Under the pieces are notes generated by a model. It searched no databases and was not told where the DNA came from. It saw nothing but the letters and a program-made list of their open reading frames with translations. A stretch of DNA of 63,364 nt, counting the filler, from Octopus bimaculoides (taxonomy: Eukaryota), in assembly GCF_001194135.2 (NCBI RefSeq). It is 7 parts of 5 records of this genome, joined end to end, with 100 filler letters (N's around TTAATTAATTAA, not from the genome) between each part and the next. Parts side by side here need not be neighbours in the genome. Positions count along the whole stretch, not along the records: positions 1 to 29,758 come from NC_068994.1; 6 more parts are not named here. The stretch is one strand, 5' to 3'. Positions within the stretch are counted from its first letter, which is position 1. The number at the start of each line of letters is the position of its first letter. Below are positions 11,743 through 24,736 of the stretch, one piece after another. A program made the translations under genes and the position numbers.

Positions 11743-13060
11743 TCAGCTGACGTGCCCGGCAATTCCCAGAAAAACGGGGCTAATCTCTTAGTTCAGTTCT
11801 CATAACTGTTTCGCTAATCCAATAACAATACAAAGTATGTAGCCCTTAAAACGGTTTTTGTGCATTAACAGACAATACCGAACTGTCTTACATAGGATCT
11901 TGTTTTTAGGAAACCCCAATAAGTTATGAATACCTAAATCGTGAAGTCAGTTACGTAATAACATGAAATTAGTTACCCGACAGTAAGAATTCAAATAAAG
12001 TAGCCCCGAAAAGGAGGAAATACCAATAAGTACGTATACCAAAATCGTGAAGCATGTTACGTAATAACAGGCTAATTGGATATGAGATAAAACCAATTCA
12101 ATGTAAATAACTCTGAAAAGGGCTTTTGTGTTTTCCCAGAGAATATACCCCTCAAGGACGCTAGTGTTGAAATAGATTTACAGTGCATGTAGAAACAGAC
12201 TGACATTTAGTTTTACAGTAGACATACAAATAAATTTACATATAGATTTTAAAATATAATAACATGTAGATTATCAATATGTTTACAACACTTACAAATA
12301 TTACAGTTAAATTATAAGTACCTGATGATTTGGTGAATCTTATTAAGTTTGCAGAGCTTCTTGATAAACAACATTTTTGGTCTTTCCTTGTCAGACACAA
12401 ATAAACAATTTTTTAGGATTGTCAACCCTTGAGCCTCCCACATAAAGTTGGCCATGGGAGAAATCTGGTTCCGCAAGATTCAGACCTACCACATCCAAGT
12501 ACTGCCCTGGGACTTGTTAAAGCGCATTCCAAAGCTCAGTTTCAACTGGAATTACATACGCTTGTACTGGAAAGGCATATCCGAGGAAACAAGTAGAATT
12601 CTAGGAATGAGTACAGGCTCGCCGCTTGCTTTACCAGTCAAAATTGTCGTCTCCAAGACTGTTAGCATCATCTTTATTGTAAGTTGTGTGCCATTGCAAA
12701 GCTTTGGTGGATCGATGATTCGAAGCAGCACAACTGGTGCCCCAATCTTGAGGTGCAAGTTGTGATGTAGGAGGCTGGGTGGTTTTACACTATTGAAGAA
12801 TTCAACTGGATAATTCACAGCTTCATCGATGTTGAGTACAGTGTCAATAGAATTGTAAGTGTGACGCTCACCTGGTTACTGTTCCAGAAGTTTGATATTC
12901 AAATCATCAACTGCTACTTCCTTTAGAGATAAAATGACACGGGTTTTCAGCCAGTTGTGGTCTTTAAATTGATTCCTCGGGTTAGGAAACACCTTATTCA
13001 TTAGTTCCTTTAAATCAGATATATGTCCAAATGGCAAGCTTACCCAGAAGGAAAATGAAT
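11743..13060 (-). mobile_element. Helitron 3' part with PIF1-like helicase pseudogene
   Basis: The minus strand translates to GHISDLKELMNKVFPN...NYPVEFFNSVKPPSLLHHNLHLKIGAPVVLLRIIDPPKLCNGTQL...LKLSFGMRFNKSQG. A degenerate 3' terminus (reverse complement of ctgacgtgcccggcaattccc) lies at about 11745-11770. Confidence 0.9.
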
Positions 13061-13582
13061 GGGTAATTTCCCTTGGCTAGAAGAATGAATGGGTTGTTTC
13101 CCTTGGCTTTAAAGCAAAGTATATTGATTATATATGTGAACCCCTTCTAGGGGCTCTAGCCATCTAATTATAGACTTTATTAAACTTCAATGAGACTAGC
13201 AACAAACTGGATGTTACTTGAACATGTTTACAAAGCTTCACGAAAATTCGTTAACGAGTGTAGACGGCAACTTTGACACAAACAGACGACTTGCGTTTAT
13301 GTATGTATATATTATGTTATATGAAATATAAATANNNNNNNNNNNNNNNNNNNNNNNNNNNNNNNNNNNNNNNNNNNNNNNNNNNNNNNNNNNNNNNNNN
13401 NNNNNNNNNNNNNNNNNNNNNNNNNNNNNNNNNNNNNNNNNNNNNNNNNNNNNNNNNNNNNNNNNNNNNNNNNNNNNNNNNNNNNNNNNNNNNNNNNNNN
13501 NNNNNNNNNNNNNNNNNNNNNNNNATGTTCGGGACAAACACAGACACACAAACACACATACATATATATATACATATATACG

Positions 13583-13737
13583 ACAGGCTTCTTTCAGTTT
13601 CCGTCTACCAAATCCACTCACAAGGCTTTGGTCGGCCCGAGGCTATAGTAGAAGACACTTGCCCAAGGTGCCACGCAGTGGGACTGAACCCGGAACCATG
13701 TGGTTGGTAAGCAAGCTACTTACCACACAGCCACTCC
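13583..13737 (-). mobile_element. tRNA-derived SINE (GGAGTGGCTGTGTGGTAAG head family)
   Basis: The minus strand shows A/B-box head ggagtggctgtgtggtaag...ggttccgggttcagtccca followed by ggcaccttgggcaagtgtctt. Confidence 0.9.
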
Positions 13738-13749
13738 ATACACATATAT

Positions 13750-13827
13750 ATATATGTATGTATGTGTGTATGTATGTATGTATGTATGTATGTATGTATG
13801 TATGTATGTATGTTTATGTATGTTTAT
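13750..13827. repeat. (TATG)n microsatellite
   Basis: Seen directly. Confidence 0.95.
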
Positions 13828-16800
13828 GTCAGGTCGCTCTCGGGTGCTACTGGTACCATGTAGTCCATAACAACCTGTTCCATGGTCGGGTCGTCGACGA
13901 CTAAACTGGCAACCCCACCAGGCTTGCTTGGTGAGGTGGGTGCTTGTTGAACACCCTGCAGGACAAAAAATAAGACCTGTCAAAGGGCGGAGGAACTGCA
14001 ACGTAGTCAACGACCATTCAACTATGTGTGTTTGTGGAGTGTTTGTGTGTGTGTATTGTGTGTGTTGCATTTTGGACTCTGTGTGTGTATTGTATATACT
14101 GTGTTCGGCAGCCACTCTGACGACAGAGCAACCCTCTTCAGGGACAGCACTTCTCCCTCCTTAGGAAGAAGGGTCTAGAAAAGGTGACCTAAAGAAATCT
14201 TGCCTCATCTCATCCTGTCAGCATACCGCAGCTGACTGGCCATCTACCACGCGGTCAAATCATGAAAGAAATCCGAAAGAAGAACCCAAAATCCTCCCGC
14301 TGGAAAAGCACTTTATGTGTTGGAACCTGGAACATCAGGACACTCATGGACAACCAAAACTGACAGCACTTGTGGGTCGTGAAGTGCAGAGATACAGCAT
14401 TGATGTTGCTGCCCTCAGCGAGACACGCCTTGCGGACACAGGGGAGATCACCGAGGCTGGAGCTGGANNNNNNNNNNNNNNNNNNNNNNNNNNNNNNNNN
14501 NNNNNNNNNNNNNNNNNNNNNNNNNNNNNNNNNNNNNNNNNNNNNNNNNNNNNNNNNNNNNNNNNNNNNNNNNNNNNNNNNNNNNNNNNNNNNNNNNNNN
14601 NNNNNNNNNNNNNNNNNNNNNNNNNNNNNNNNNNNNNNNNNNNNNNNNNNNNNNNNNNNNNNNNNNNNNNNNNNNNNNNNNNNNNNNNNNNNCGCACCGC
14701 CTTCGTCAAGAACCTGCAGTCTCTCCCAAGAGGAATCAGCGACCACCTGATGGTGATGAGAATTCCTCTCCAAAGCAAGATGCACTTGACACTCATCAGT
14801 CCTTACTGCAACCTACACTCTGGAGCGGAGAGAGCTGTTCTATCAGAACCTCTCCAAAGTGCTACGGTCAGTTCCTAAAGACAAGCTGCTGATACTCGGG
14901 GACTTCAATGCCCGTGTAGGCAGAGATGCCCAGTCTTGGCCAGATGTCATCAGGCCATATGGCATCGGACATGAGAATACCAACGGACAACTGCTACTCA
15001 CCTTCTGTGCTGAACAGAGACTCACCGTCACTAATACCCTGCACCAACTGCCTGACATCCACAAGGCTACCTGGATGCACCCAAGGTCCAAGCATTGGCA
15101 CCTGATTGACTGTGATCACCAGGCGCCGTGACATCCAGGATATTCGCATCACTAGGGCAATGAGGGGAGCTGACTGCTGGACAGATCACCTGCTGTTGAG
15201 GTGTAGACTGTCCTTTTCCATTGTCAACAGACACAGACGCCAGAAAGCTGATGTTAAAAAGAAACTGGACATCCAGAAACTCAATGAACCAAAAACAAAA
15301 GAGACCGTCATTGCCAACCTTGCGAACCAGCTTGAACATCTGCCAGCAGAGGGAAACCTTGTGAAGGTCTGGGCCAACTTCCGGGATGCAGTGCATGACT
15401 CTGCCAGCTTTACCCTTGGCCAGACAAAACGGAAACACCAAGACTGGTTTGACAACAACAAGAAGATCACCACCCTCCTCCAGGAGAAGAAAGAAGCCTT
15501 CACAGCCTGGCTCAACGACAAAGACTGTCAAGCCAAGCACGAAGCCTCAAGAACATCAGAGGAAAGATGCAGACTGAGCTGCGACAGATGAAAGGCGAGT
15601 GGTGGGAAAACAAGGCTGCAGAACTACAGCAGTATGCAGAAGAGTACAACTCCAAGAAGTTCTTTGCCGGCATGAAAGACGTGTATGGCCCCACGCTAAA
15701 TGCAATAGCACCTGTACGCTCTACCGATGGAACCCTGCTTACTGAGAAGAGCGACATTATACAGCGCTGGAGTGAACACTTCAGTCAGCTGCTAAACAGA
15801 CCTTCCCAGTTTGACCAGCAGGCCATCCAAGACATGCCACAGCGCCCAGTCCTGGTGTCGCTTGATGACCCCCCCCCCCCAATACTGGCAGAAATCCAGA
15901 AGGCCATCAAGCAACTACATGTGGGGAAAGCACCTGGTCCTGATGGAATACTCCCAGAGATCTTCAAAGATGGAGGTGAAGCTGTTGCCATCAAGTTGAC
16001 TTAGCTGATACAGCAGATCTGTGACGAAGGGTCAGTGCCGCAGGACTTCAAGGATGCCAACATCGTGCATCTGTACAAGAACAAGGGGGACGGAGCTTCA
16101 TGTGACAACCACAGAAGCATCTCATTGCTGAGCATCGCAAGAAAGATCATGACCCGTGTTTTTCTGAATCGTATCACACACCACCTGCTGGACGACGTGG
16201 TCTCAGAGAGCCAGTGTGGATTTAGGAACAACAGGGGGACAATAGACATGGTCTTTGCAGTACGGCAGATACAAGAGAAGTGCCGAGAACAAAATCAGAA
16301 CCTCTACATCCTCTTCGTGGACCTGACGAAGGCTTTTGACACTGTCAGCTGAGAGGGCCTGTGGGATATCTTGTCCAAACTAGGCTGCTCACCAAAGCTC
16401 GTCAGGATCAGCCAGTCATTTCATGATGGCATGATGGCTCACATCGTGGAAAACGGAGATGTCTCTGATCTATTTCCAGTCTCCAATGGCGTGAAGCAAG
16501 GCTGCGTGATGGCTCCCACACTCTTCAGCCTCATATTTGCCACCATGCTCTTCCGCACCCTGTCAAAGTCTGATGCTGGTGTCATTGTTCGCTACAGATA
16601 TGACGGTCGATTCTTTGACCTCAGACGTCTGAAGGCAAAAACCAAAGTCCTGGACGCCCTAGTGAGAGACTTCCTGTTTTCAGACGATTGTGCGCTTGCA
16701 GCATTGAATGAACCAGACCTAAAAGAACTTGCCACTTGTCTCGCAGAAGCAGCAAAAGTCTTCGGACTGACCATTAGCCTGCGAAAAACTGAAGTAATGC

Positions 16801-17390
16801 TTCAGCCTGCGCCTGGCCTGACATCTGCTGAGCCTCAGAACTCTGAACAACGTGGAGAGCTTTACATACCTGGGAAGCTGCCTGTCTTCAAACTGCAGCA
16901 TGGACAAAGATGTCTCCATGAGGCCAACGAGGCATCAGACTTTCCACCAAGCTGGCAGTCTATAAGGCAGTTGTCATCACCTCTCTGCTCTATGGCTGTG
17001 GGACGTGGACGCCGTATAGGTGGCAAATGCCAGTACTTGACTAGTTCCACCTCCGCTGCTTGCGACGAATCATGGGAATTTCCTGGGAGGACAGAGGAAG
17101 GCCACTAAGGTGCTACAAGGACAGCCTGAAAACTTCCCTTGAGGTCTGCGGCATTTCAGCCCGTGGCTGGGAATCGCTTGCCTCTGAACGCGGTGCCTAG
17201 CGTCCAGCTGTTCGAGAAAAAGCACCTTAAGAGTCTGGACCAGAAGCGACAAGCCCGAAAAAGAGGGGATCCCCAACCCTACTTCTGTTGCTACGTGCCT
17301 AACATGTGGCCGCATCTGCGCGTCCGCCTTTGGGTTCCGCTCCCACCTCCGGTGTCACTGACGTCATTGTCGAACCTCGACAGACTTCCA
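13828..17390 (+). mobile_element. Near full-length decayed RTE-clade LINE (APE + RT + C-terminal zinc finger)
   Basis: APE motifs TWNIRTLMD, IDVAALSETR, LILGDFNARVG and TWMHPRSKHWHLID. RT motifs KAPGPDGI, SQCGFRNNRG, FVDLTKAFDTV, GVKQGCVMAPTLFSL and FLFSDDCAL. C-terminus CLTCGRICASAFGFRSHLRCH*. It carries many stops and frameshifts and a gap at 14468-14692. Confidence 0.95.
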
Positions 17391-17413
17391 TTATGTATGT
17401 ATGTATATATAAT

Positions 17414-17510
17414 TCTTTTACTTGTTCAGTCAAAGGACTGCGGCCATGCAGAGGCACACTGTTGAATAGTTTCGTCGAACAAACCGAACCCAGTAAAGCT
17501 TACTCCAGTG
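17414..17510 (-). mobile_element. SINE 3' fragment
   Basis: ttttacttgttcagtcaaaggactgcggccatgc is the reverse complement of the SINE tail also seen at 22078 and 24310. Confidence 0.7.
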
Positions 17511-18909
17511 TTCTCTACGTGAACAAAAACAAGCGAACGCACGCACACATACACCTAGACATGCAAACATATGTGTCTGTATATGTGTACGAATATACGT
17601 ATGTATGATTAACACGTACTTCCATAGGGTTCCGTCTATTAGTTGGGATTGATCTCGAAATCATATATATCATACATAACATTTTCGCAACCACAAGGTA
17701 CTGAAACACTATGAATTAGAAGGCATGTATGTTTCTAACCGTATTGAAACTGAATAAGGGCTCTTTAAGTAGAGATCAAGATCTTTTGGTTGCAAATTAT
17801 AATTCATAGTTACAGCATGTAATTAAATTCATGTCCTGATTCGTGGTTGTTATTTCAGTATGTTACAAGTGGCGTTTATAACTACATGATGCTTGCAGAG
17901 CACATAGAAGTTTTTTTGTTGTTTTTTTTTAACAGAATCAATTCCAATATTAAATGCAAAACTTGCATCGTCACCTAATGTATTTTGGATATTGACTTGG
18001 ATATTCTAAACACTCTGAAAGAGGAAAGATGCGAGATTCTGTCTGCACAGAAGATTGACTTTGCATACTTCCATCGAAATGATTGTCTTTCGGCTTGTTT
18101 TTTATTTGTTTTGGAAGACTATTTTATACATACAAAATTACTTTAGAGTAAAATTGGAAATATAGTCTTCTGTACTTATTACTTTTTCTTCAGATTCATA
18201 TTTAATCTGCTGAAAGACGAATATTTATCATTAATTTTTGGTAGTAGATATAATTTCTAACGGTTCGTTGCTCATTCCTCACTCCTGATGCTGTTACCAA
18301 GAAAACTACTTCCCCGCCAATAACTAATTTTTGCAAAAGTACGTATAGTTCCCTTATATTGTGAGAGCCAAAGCGAACTAAAATAAACTTTGTATAACCG
18401 TTTCAAGTATCTTGTTATGTTGAGGTTTAAACCCCGTGAAAGACTTCAAGAACCAATGTTAACTCACTCCCTTTAGTAATTTAATGACTATGTATATTTC
18501 GCCTCTAAAACACTGTTACCTCTAAAACATCAATAAACTTCAGAACAATGAGTTGTTATTTTTATGGGTTGAGAATGACTTCAGCTTTCGAGAACTCGAT
18601 GACATTCTTTTTGTTATCATAACGAAACCAATTTCCATATTACTTTGTCGGCTCTAGAAATTAAGATTGTTCTTCTATTTATTTGGTCTTATGTTTTCTG
18701 ACGTTTGTGTCTCCGCAGCCACAATACTTGTCTAACCTACCCAATGTACTTTCTTAAACAACATGTTCTCGTACCTGTATGTACCGGCTACTCTTAAACT
18801 ATATTCACTATTTCTTCAATTCACTAATTCTGTTTTTGCCGTTCAACCGCAAACTTGTTTTCCCGTTGATCTATAAACTTGTTTTCGAATACTATTTTTT
18901 AGCACACTT

Positions 18910-18984
18910 GTATGTATGTATGTATGTATGTATGTATGTATGTATGTATGTATGTATCTATCTATCTATCTATCTATATCTATA

Positions 18985-19019
<35 letters not shown>

Positions 19020-19355
19020 GTGTGCGTATATGTATGTGTACGTACGCGTATGCGTATGTATGTATAAATGTATGTATCTTATCTTTATTTTTAATTCTTC
19101 CTTCAAAGAAGTTAGTTCTAATAATGAAACAAAGCTTCATCATTGTATGTATGTATGTATGTATGTATATGCATGTGTATACGTGTGTGTGTATCTGTAC
19201 GTGTGCGTATGTGTATGTATGAGTATGTATCTATGCATGCATGTATGCATGTGTGTATGCATGTATGCATGTATGCATGCATGCATACATGTATGTATGT
19301 GTATTTGTGTATGCATTTTATGTTTATGTGTATATCTATGTGTATGCATGTGTGT
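18910..19355. repeat. Compound (TATG)n/(TCTA)n/(TA)n/(TGCA)-type microsatellite
   Basis: Seen directly. Confidence 0.95.
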
Positions 19356-19997
19356 ACATAGTCTGATCAACAAGTATCCGGACTGTTGCTATACTTGCGA
19401 AACTAAAGAACGGAGAACAAAGCCGCTTGTTACAGATTGACCTTGAATTCTGCTGTACATGTGCATTAAATTTTAACATTCTAACTCACTTCCGTTGTTT
19501 ATAGCAGTAGTTGGAAGGTAGGTGTGTAGCGTGTGATTATCGCATTGACCATGACAGAGAACGTTGAGCAGAAAATCTGCATCAAATATTGCCAAAAGCT
19601 TCGCGATACCTGCTCAGGGACCTACGTCAAGTTTTTAAAAAGTTTTCATCGTTCTCGAAACAACCAAGGAGATCTTGTGCAACTGAAACCCGAGTGTCTT
19701 TTTGGGTCAGCTGAAAGCAGTTTTGGCACAAACGTGGCAGACACGCGTCTCATACCCAGATCTTCAGTGATAATGAACTGAACTGAAACACTGCAACGTA
19801 ACTAATATGTACATCTGATAATTCATGGATGGTGATTCGACGATTTTCCCCTCACAGCTGCACACACATGTTTTTCTCAGTTCTGCTGGTTGCAGGTCTC
19901 CAAGAACGTTCGTCAATATCAACATTTTTTCAGCAATTTTGAAAAAGTCTGAACCACTCGTACACATGTGTGAGGCTCATACTCTCCTCTCCGTACA
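19355..19997. mobile_element. Rearranged mariner relic (5' end on +, adjacent transposase segment on -)
   Basis: + strand: TIR-like gtctgatcaacaagtatccggactg and MTENVEQKICIKYCQKLRDTCSGTY. - strand 19995-19645: KKLQKVYGEESMSLTHVYEWF...IITEDLGMRRVSATFVPKLLS. Confidence 0.8.
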
Positions 19998-20309
19998 CTT
20001 TCTGCAACTTTTTGTATATGTATGTGTGTGTACGTGGTCTGAATATCCGACATGTTGCTATAGTAACGAAACTAAAGCACAGAGAGTGAAGTCATGACAG
20101 CTTTCTCTGTCATGGTTAACTACTTCTCCCCTGAAGCCGTGTACCAAACGCATCACCCAGTTCTTTATTCTCCGTAATGCACCCTCTAGATATCCTCCTT
20201 ACTTTCGTTTCCCCTTCATGTACCAACCTGGAGAAGTCCAACTTTATAGAGGTCGGATATTATGAGGCTACGGGAAAATTCCCATCGCCTTGCGACCAAA
20301 TAATAGATT

Positions 20310-21295
20310 CAAATTTTGGCACAAGGCCAGCTTTTTCGAGGTAGGAGTAATTAACTGGTACTTATTTTATCAAACCCAAAAGGATGAAAAGCAAAGTCGA
20401 TCTCGGCAGAATTTGAAATCAGAACATAAGGACGGACAAAATGCCACTAAGCGTTTTCCTCAATGTGCTAACGATTTTGCCTGCTCGCCAACCAAATAAT
20501 GAAATGTAGGATATACGGCAGGTACACATACAGGGTGGATTGACAAGATATACGCTTTCAAAACTTCAACAGGGTCACAATGAGATGAATCAACGAAATA
20601 ATTAAAATTGCCATTCATGTCATGAATTTATCAGTTTATTTATAAAATTCGCCTTGTTGACAATCTCCAGCTTCTATATCCCCTTTGAGAAGTCTGTCCA
20701 TAGCTGCAGCTACTGTTGTGATAAATTCTGACTTGTCATCTAATAATTGCTTCTGATTTGAGCAGAAAATCTTCATTGGTACCTTATTTTATCGACACCG
20801 AAAAAACGACGGACAAGGTTCACCTCAGCACAATTTGAACATAAAGAGTCAGAAGAAATACTGCAAAACATTTTATCCTGCGTTCTAGCGATTTTGCCAG
20901 CTCGTTCCTTCTTGCATTCTAATAATGAATTCAAATTTTGATACAATGCCTCAGATTTGGAGGGAGGGACTGGTAGATTTCATCGACCTCAGTACTTAAC
21001 TAGCACTTATATTATCGTCTCTGAAAAGGATAAAAGTCAAAGTCAGCCTTGGTAGAATTTGAATGCAGAATGTAAAGACGGACAAAATGCTTATAAGCAT
21101 TTTGTCAAACGTGCTAGCGGTTCTACCAGCTTGCTGCCTTCTGCTCCTCAAATAATCCTTTCTACTAAAGACACAAGGCCTGAAATTTTGTGGGAAGAGG
21201 ACTAGTTGATTACATCGACCTATTATATCACTGGTACTTAATTTACCGACTCCGAAAGGATCAAAGGTAAAGTCAACCTCGGCGAAATTTGGTCA
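20310..21295 (-). mobile_element. Cluster of four decayed SINE copies (about 20310-20500, 20770-20890, 20935-21140, 21165-21295)
   Basis: Each contains the reverse complement of the family core, e.g. aaggatgaaaagcaaagtcgatctcggcagaatttgaa. Confidence 0.8.
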
Positions 21296-21340
21296 TCAAA
21301 TAATGAAGAATATTAGAACGCTATTAGTACTAAGGGTGGA

Positions 21341-21720
21341 GGCGCAATGGCCCAGTGGTTAGGGCAGCGGACTCGCGGTCATAGCATCGCGGTTTCGATT
21401 CCCAGACCGGGCGTTGTGAGTGTTTATTGAGCGAAAACACCTAAAGCTACACGAGGCTCCGGCAGGGGATGGTGGCGAACCCTGCTGTACTCTTCAACCA
21501 CAACTTTCTATCACATTTTCTTCCTGTTTCTGTTGTACCTGTGTTTCAAAGGGCCAGCCTTGTCACACTATGTCACGCTGAATATCCCCGAGAACTACGT
21601 TAAGGGTACACGTATCTGTGGAGTGCTCAGCCACATGCACGTTAATTTCACGAGCAGGTTGTTCCGTTGATCGGATCAACTGGAACCCTCGACGTCGTAA
21701 GCGAGCGAGTGTCAACAACA
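21341..21720 (+). mobile_element. tRNA-derived SINE, second family, about 380 bp
   Basis: A box TGGCCCAGTGG, B box GGTTTCGATTCC and tail gtcaacaaca. A homologous copy lies at 51853-52225. Confidence 0.9.
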
Positions 21721-22077
21721 AAACAGTACTAAGGGAAATAATTCATCGATATTAAAAATGATATGCTTAATGAACTTCGTAAAATTCATTGAAAAGAAAT
21801 GTATGCAAACATTACTACCAATCTATATTTCTTCAAAAAAGATGAAGCATTTATTTAAATTAATAAGGGCGGATGAAACTAACAAAAGTCCACCAGCAGT
21901 GGTGAGCGAAATTATTTAGTACTTGATATATAATGAAAAAAAAAAAATTAAAAGCAATTGACAACGACATATTTTGAGCCGAGAACGTGAAGCGAATCTA
22001 GTTTGTTTGGTTGCCAGCATTTCAAAAATTGAAGTTTATCGAAAATTTGAAATTTAAATAAATCCTCATATTCTCCT

Positions 22078-22224
22078 ATTTGTTTCAGTCATTTGACTGT
22101 GGCCATGCTGGAGCATCACCTTTTAGTCGAGCTAATCGACACCAGGACTTATTCTTTGTCAGCCTAGTAGTTATTCTATCGGTAACTTTTGCCGAACCGC
22201 TAAGTTACGGGGATGTAAACACAC
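22078..22224 (-). mobile_element. SINE 3' part, cut by a gap
   Basis: tttgtttcagtcatttgactgtggccatgctggagca...gccgaaccgctaagttacgggga. Confidence 0.85.
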
Positions 22225-23121
22225 NNNNNNNNNNNNNNNNNNNNNNNNNNNNNNNNNNNNNNNNNNNNNNNNNNNNNNNNNNNNNNNNNNNNNNNNNNNN
22301 NNNNNNNNNNNNNNNNNNNNNNNNNNNNNNNNNNNNNNNNNNNNNNNNNNNNNNNNNNNNNNNNNNNNNNNNNNNNNNNNNNNNNNNNNNNNNNNNNNNN
22401 NNNNNNNNNNNNNNNNNNNNNNNNNNNNNNNNNNNNNNNNNNNNNNNNNNNNNNNNNNNNNNNNNNNNNNNNNNNNNNNNNNNNNNNNNNNNNNNNNNNN
22501 NNNNNNNNNNNNNNNNNNNNNNNNNNNNNNNNNNNNNNNNNNNNNNNNNNNNNNNNNNNNNNNNNNNNNNNNNNNNNNNNNNNNNNNNNNNNNNNNNNNN
22601 NNNNNNNNNNNNNNNNNNNNNNNNNNNNNNNNNNNNNNNNNNNNNNNNNNNNNNNNNNNNNNNNNNNNNNNNNNNNNNNNNNNNNNNNNNNNNNNNNNNN
22701 NNNNNNNNNNNNNNNNNNNNNNNNNNNNNNNNNNNNNNNNNNNNNNNNNNNNNNNNNNNNNNNNNNNNNNNNNNNNNNNNNNNNNNNNNNNNNNNNNNNN
22801 NNNNNNNNNNNNNNNNNNNNNNNNNNNNNNNNNNNNNNNNNNNNNNNNNNNNNNNNNNNNNNNNNNNNNNNNNNNNNNNNNNNNNNNNNNNNNNNNNNNN
22901 NNNNNNNNNNNNNNNNNNNNNNNNNNNNNNNNNNNNNNNNNNNNNNNNNNNNNNNNNNNNNNNNNNNNNNNNNNNNNNNNNNNNNNNNNNNNNNNNNNNN
23001 NNNNNNNNNNNNNNNNNNNNNNNNNNNNNNNNNNNNNNNNNNNNNNNNNNNNNNNNNNNNNNNNNNNNNNNNNNNNNAGAGAGAGAGAGAAAGAGAGAGA
23101 GAGAAAGAGAGAGAGAGAGAA

Positions 23122-23157
<36 letters not shown>

Positions 23158-23457
23158 TGTGTGTGTGTGTATTTCTAAATTTCTCCGAGTATTTCAGAAA
23201 CAACAGCTCTGAAATATAGCAATTTCTAGGGCCGGTGCCTCACAAGACAAAGTTTGGCTAACGTTATCCCACATTGATAACTGATATTTAAAATAATCAT
23301 CAATACATATGATATTTAGATATAGTTAACTGGTTTAAACAATAAACCGAATTCTATATTCACTATAAAGGAATTCCAGTTTACTGATCTGCTTGACGCT
23401 GTTTAGAAAAACAAAACACTAAACATGAATTTTTCGTAGATTATATATTTGTGAATG

Positions 23458-23690
23458 AAGGCAGCGAGCTGGTACAAACGTTAGCACGCCGGGCGGAATG
23501 CTTATTGAGATTTCGTCTGTCTTTACGGTCTGAGTTCAAATACCACTTATGTCGACTTTGCCTTTCATCCTTTGGAGGTCGATAAATTAAGTATCAGTTG
23601 CGTAGTGGAGTCGATCTAATCGATTACCCCATCCTCCAAAATTTCAGGCCTTGTGCCTAGAGTAGAAAAGAATGTATATTTATGAATTTA
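23458..23690 (+). mobile_element. tRNA-derived SINE, full length
   Basis: aaggcagcgagctgg...gagttcaaat...gtcgactttgcctttcatcc...ggccttgtgcctagagtagaaa. Confidence 0.9.
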
Positions 23691-23810
23691 TGCATTAGTT
23701 AAAAGCTCTTGCTTTAAAAGTCGTCATACAGTTTAACGCAAGTACAAAGGAGGCGATTCCTACATTTTACGAATGATTATTATTTATAATTCTATGGCTG
23801 GCAGTTGAGT

Positions 23811-24091
23811 ACCGTATTTTAACTTGTATAAGGAACCCTTTTTTGTCAAAAATTAGGTTTAAAAAATATGGGAGTTTCTTATACGTGGAGAGAATTATAA
23901 TCCCTTACAAAACTTTTTTTCTAAATTTTAAGCCCCCACCAAATTAGGGGTTCCTTATGTACGAGCGTTCCTTATGCACGAGGGTTCCTTATGCACGAGA
24001 GTTCCTTATGCACAAGGGTTCCTTATGCACGAGGGTTCCTTATGCATGAGGGTTCCTTATGCACGAGGGTTCCTTATCCACGTTAAAATAC
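23811..24091 (+). mobile_element. Tc1/mariner-superfamily (Tc2/Tigger-like) MITE with an amplified subterminal 17-mer
   Basis: Left end TA|CCGTATTTTAACTTGTATAAGGAACCC and right end GGGTTCCTTATCCACGTTAAAATAC. Eight tandem GGGTTCCTTATGCACGA units lie at 23948-24083. Confidence 0.75.
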
Positions 24092-24309
24092 AATTGCATT
24101 AGGACCATGCACAAAATATGGCCTATCGTAAGGTTATGTCCTCTTTTTCCAGACGTGGTCGCACGTTATGTTCTTGAGCAAGTTACTTTATTTCAAGCTG
24201 CTCTAGTCCATTCACGTTAAAATGAGGACCAGAACTCGATGGGAACGTGTGTATATACACATATATGAATATGTGTATATATGTATATACGTACATATAT
24301 ATTTTTTCT

Positions 24310-24698
24310 TTTACTTGTTTCAGTCATTAGACTGCGGCCATGCTGGGGCACCGCCTTGAGGAATTTTAGTTGAACTAATCGACCTCAGTACTCATTTTCT
24401 TTTCAAGCCTAGTACCTAATCTATTAGTCTCTTTTGCAGGACTGCTAAGTTATGGAATCATAAGTTCACCAACCGGTTGCTAAGCGGTGGTGGGGAACAA
24501 ATAGAAACGAAGATGTGCGCGCGCACACATACACACATACATAGATAGACCAGGCTTCTTTCAATTTCCGTCTACCAAATTCACTCGCAATGTTTTTGTC
24601 AGACCGGAGCCATAGTAGAAGATAATTGCCCAAGGTGCCATGCAGTGCGAATGAATTTGGAACAATGTGGTTGGAAAGCAAACTTCTTACCACACAGC
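24310..24698 (-). mobile_element. tRNA-derived SINE, near full length
   Basis: Reverse complement of the head (gtgtggtaagaagtttgctttccaaccac) through to the tail (ctaatgactgaaacaagtaaaag). Confidence 0.9.
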
Positions 24699-24736
24699 TA
24701 TATGTATATACATGTGTGTGTGTGTGTGTGTGTGTG

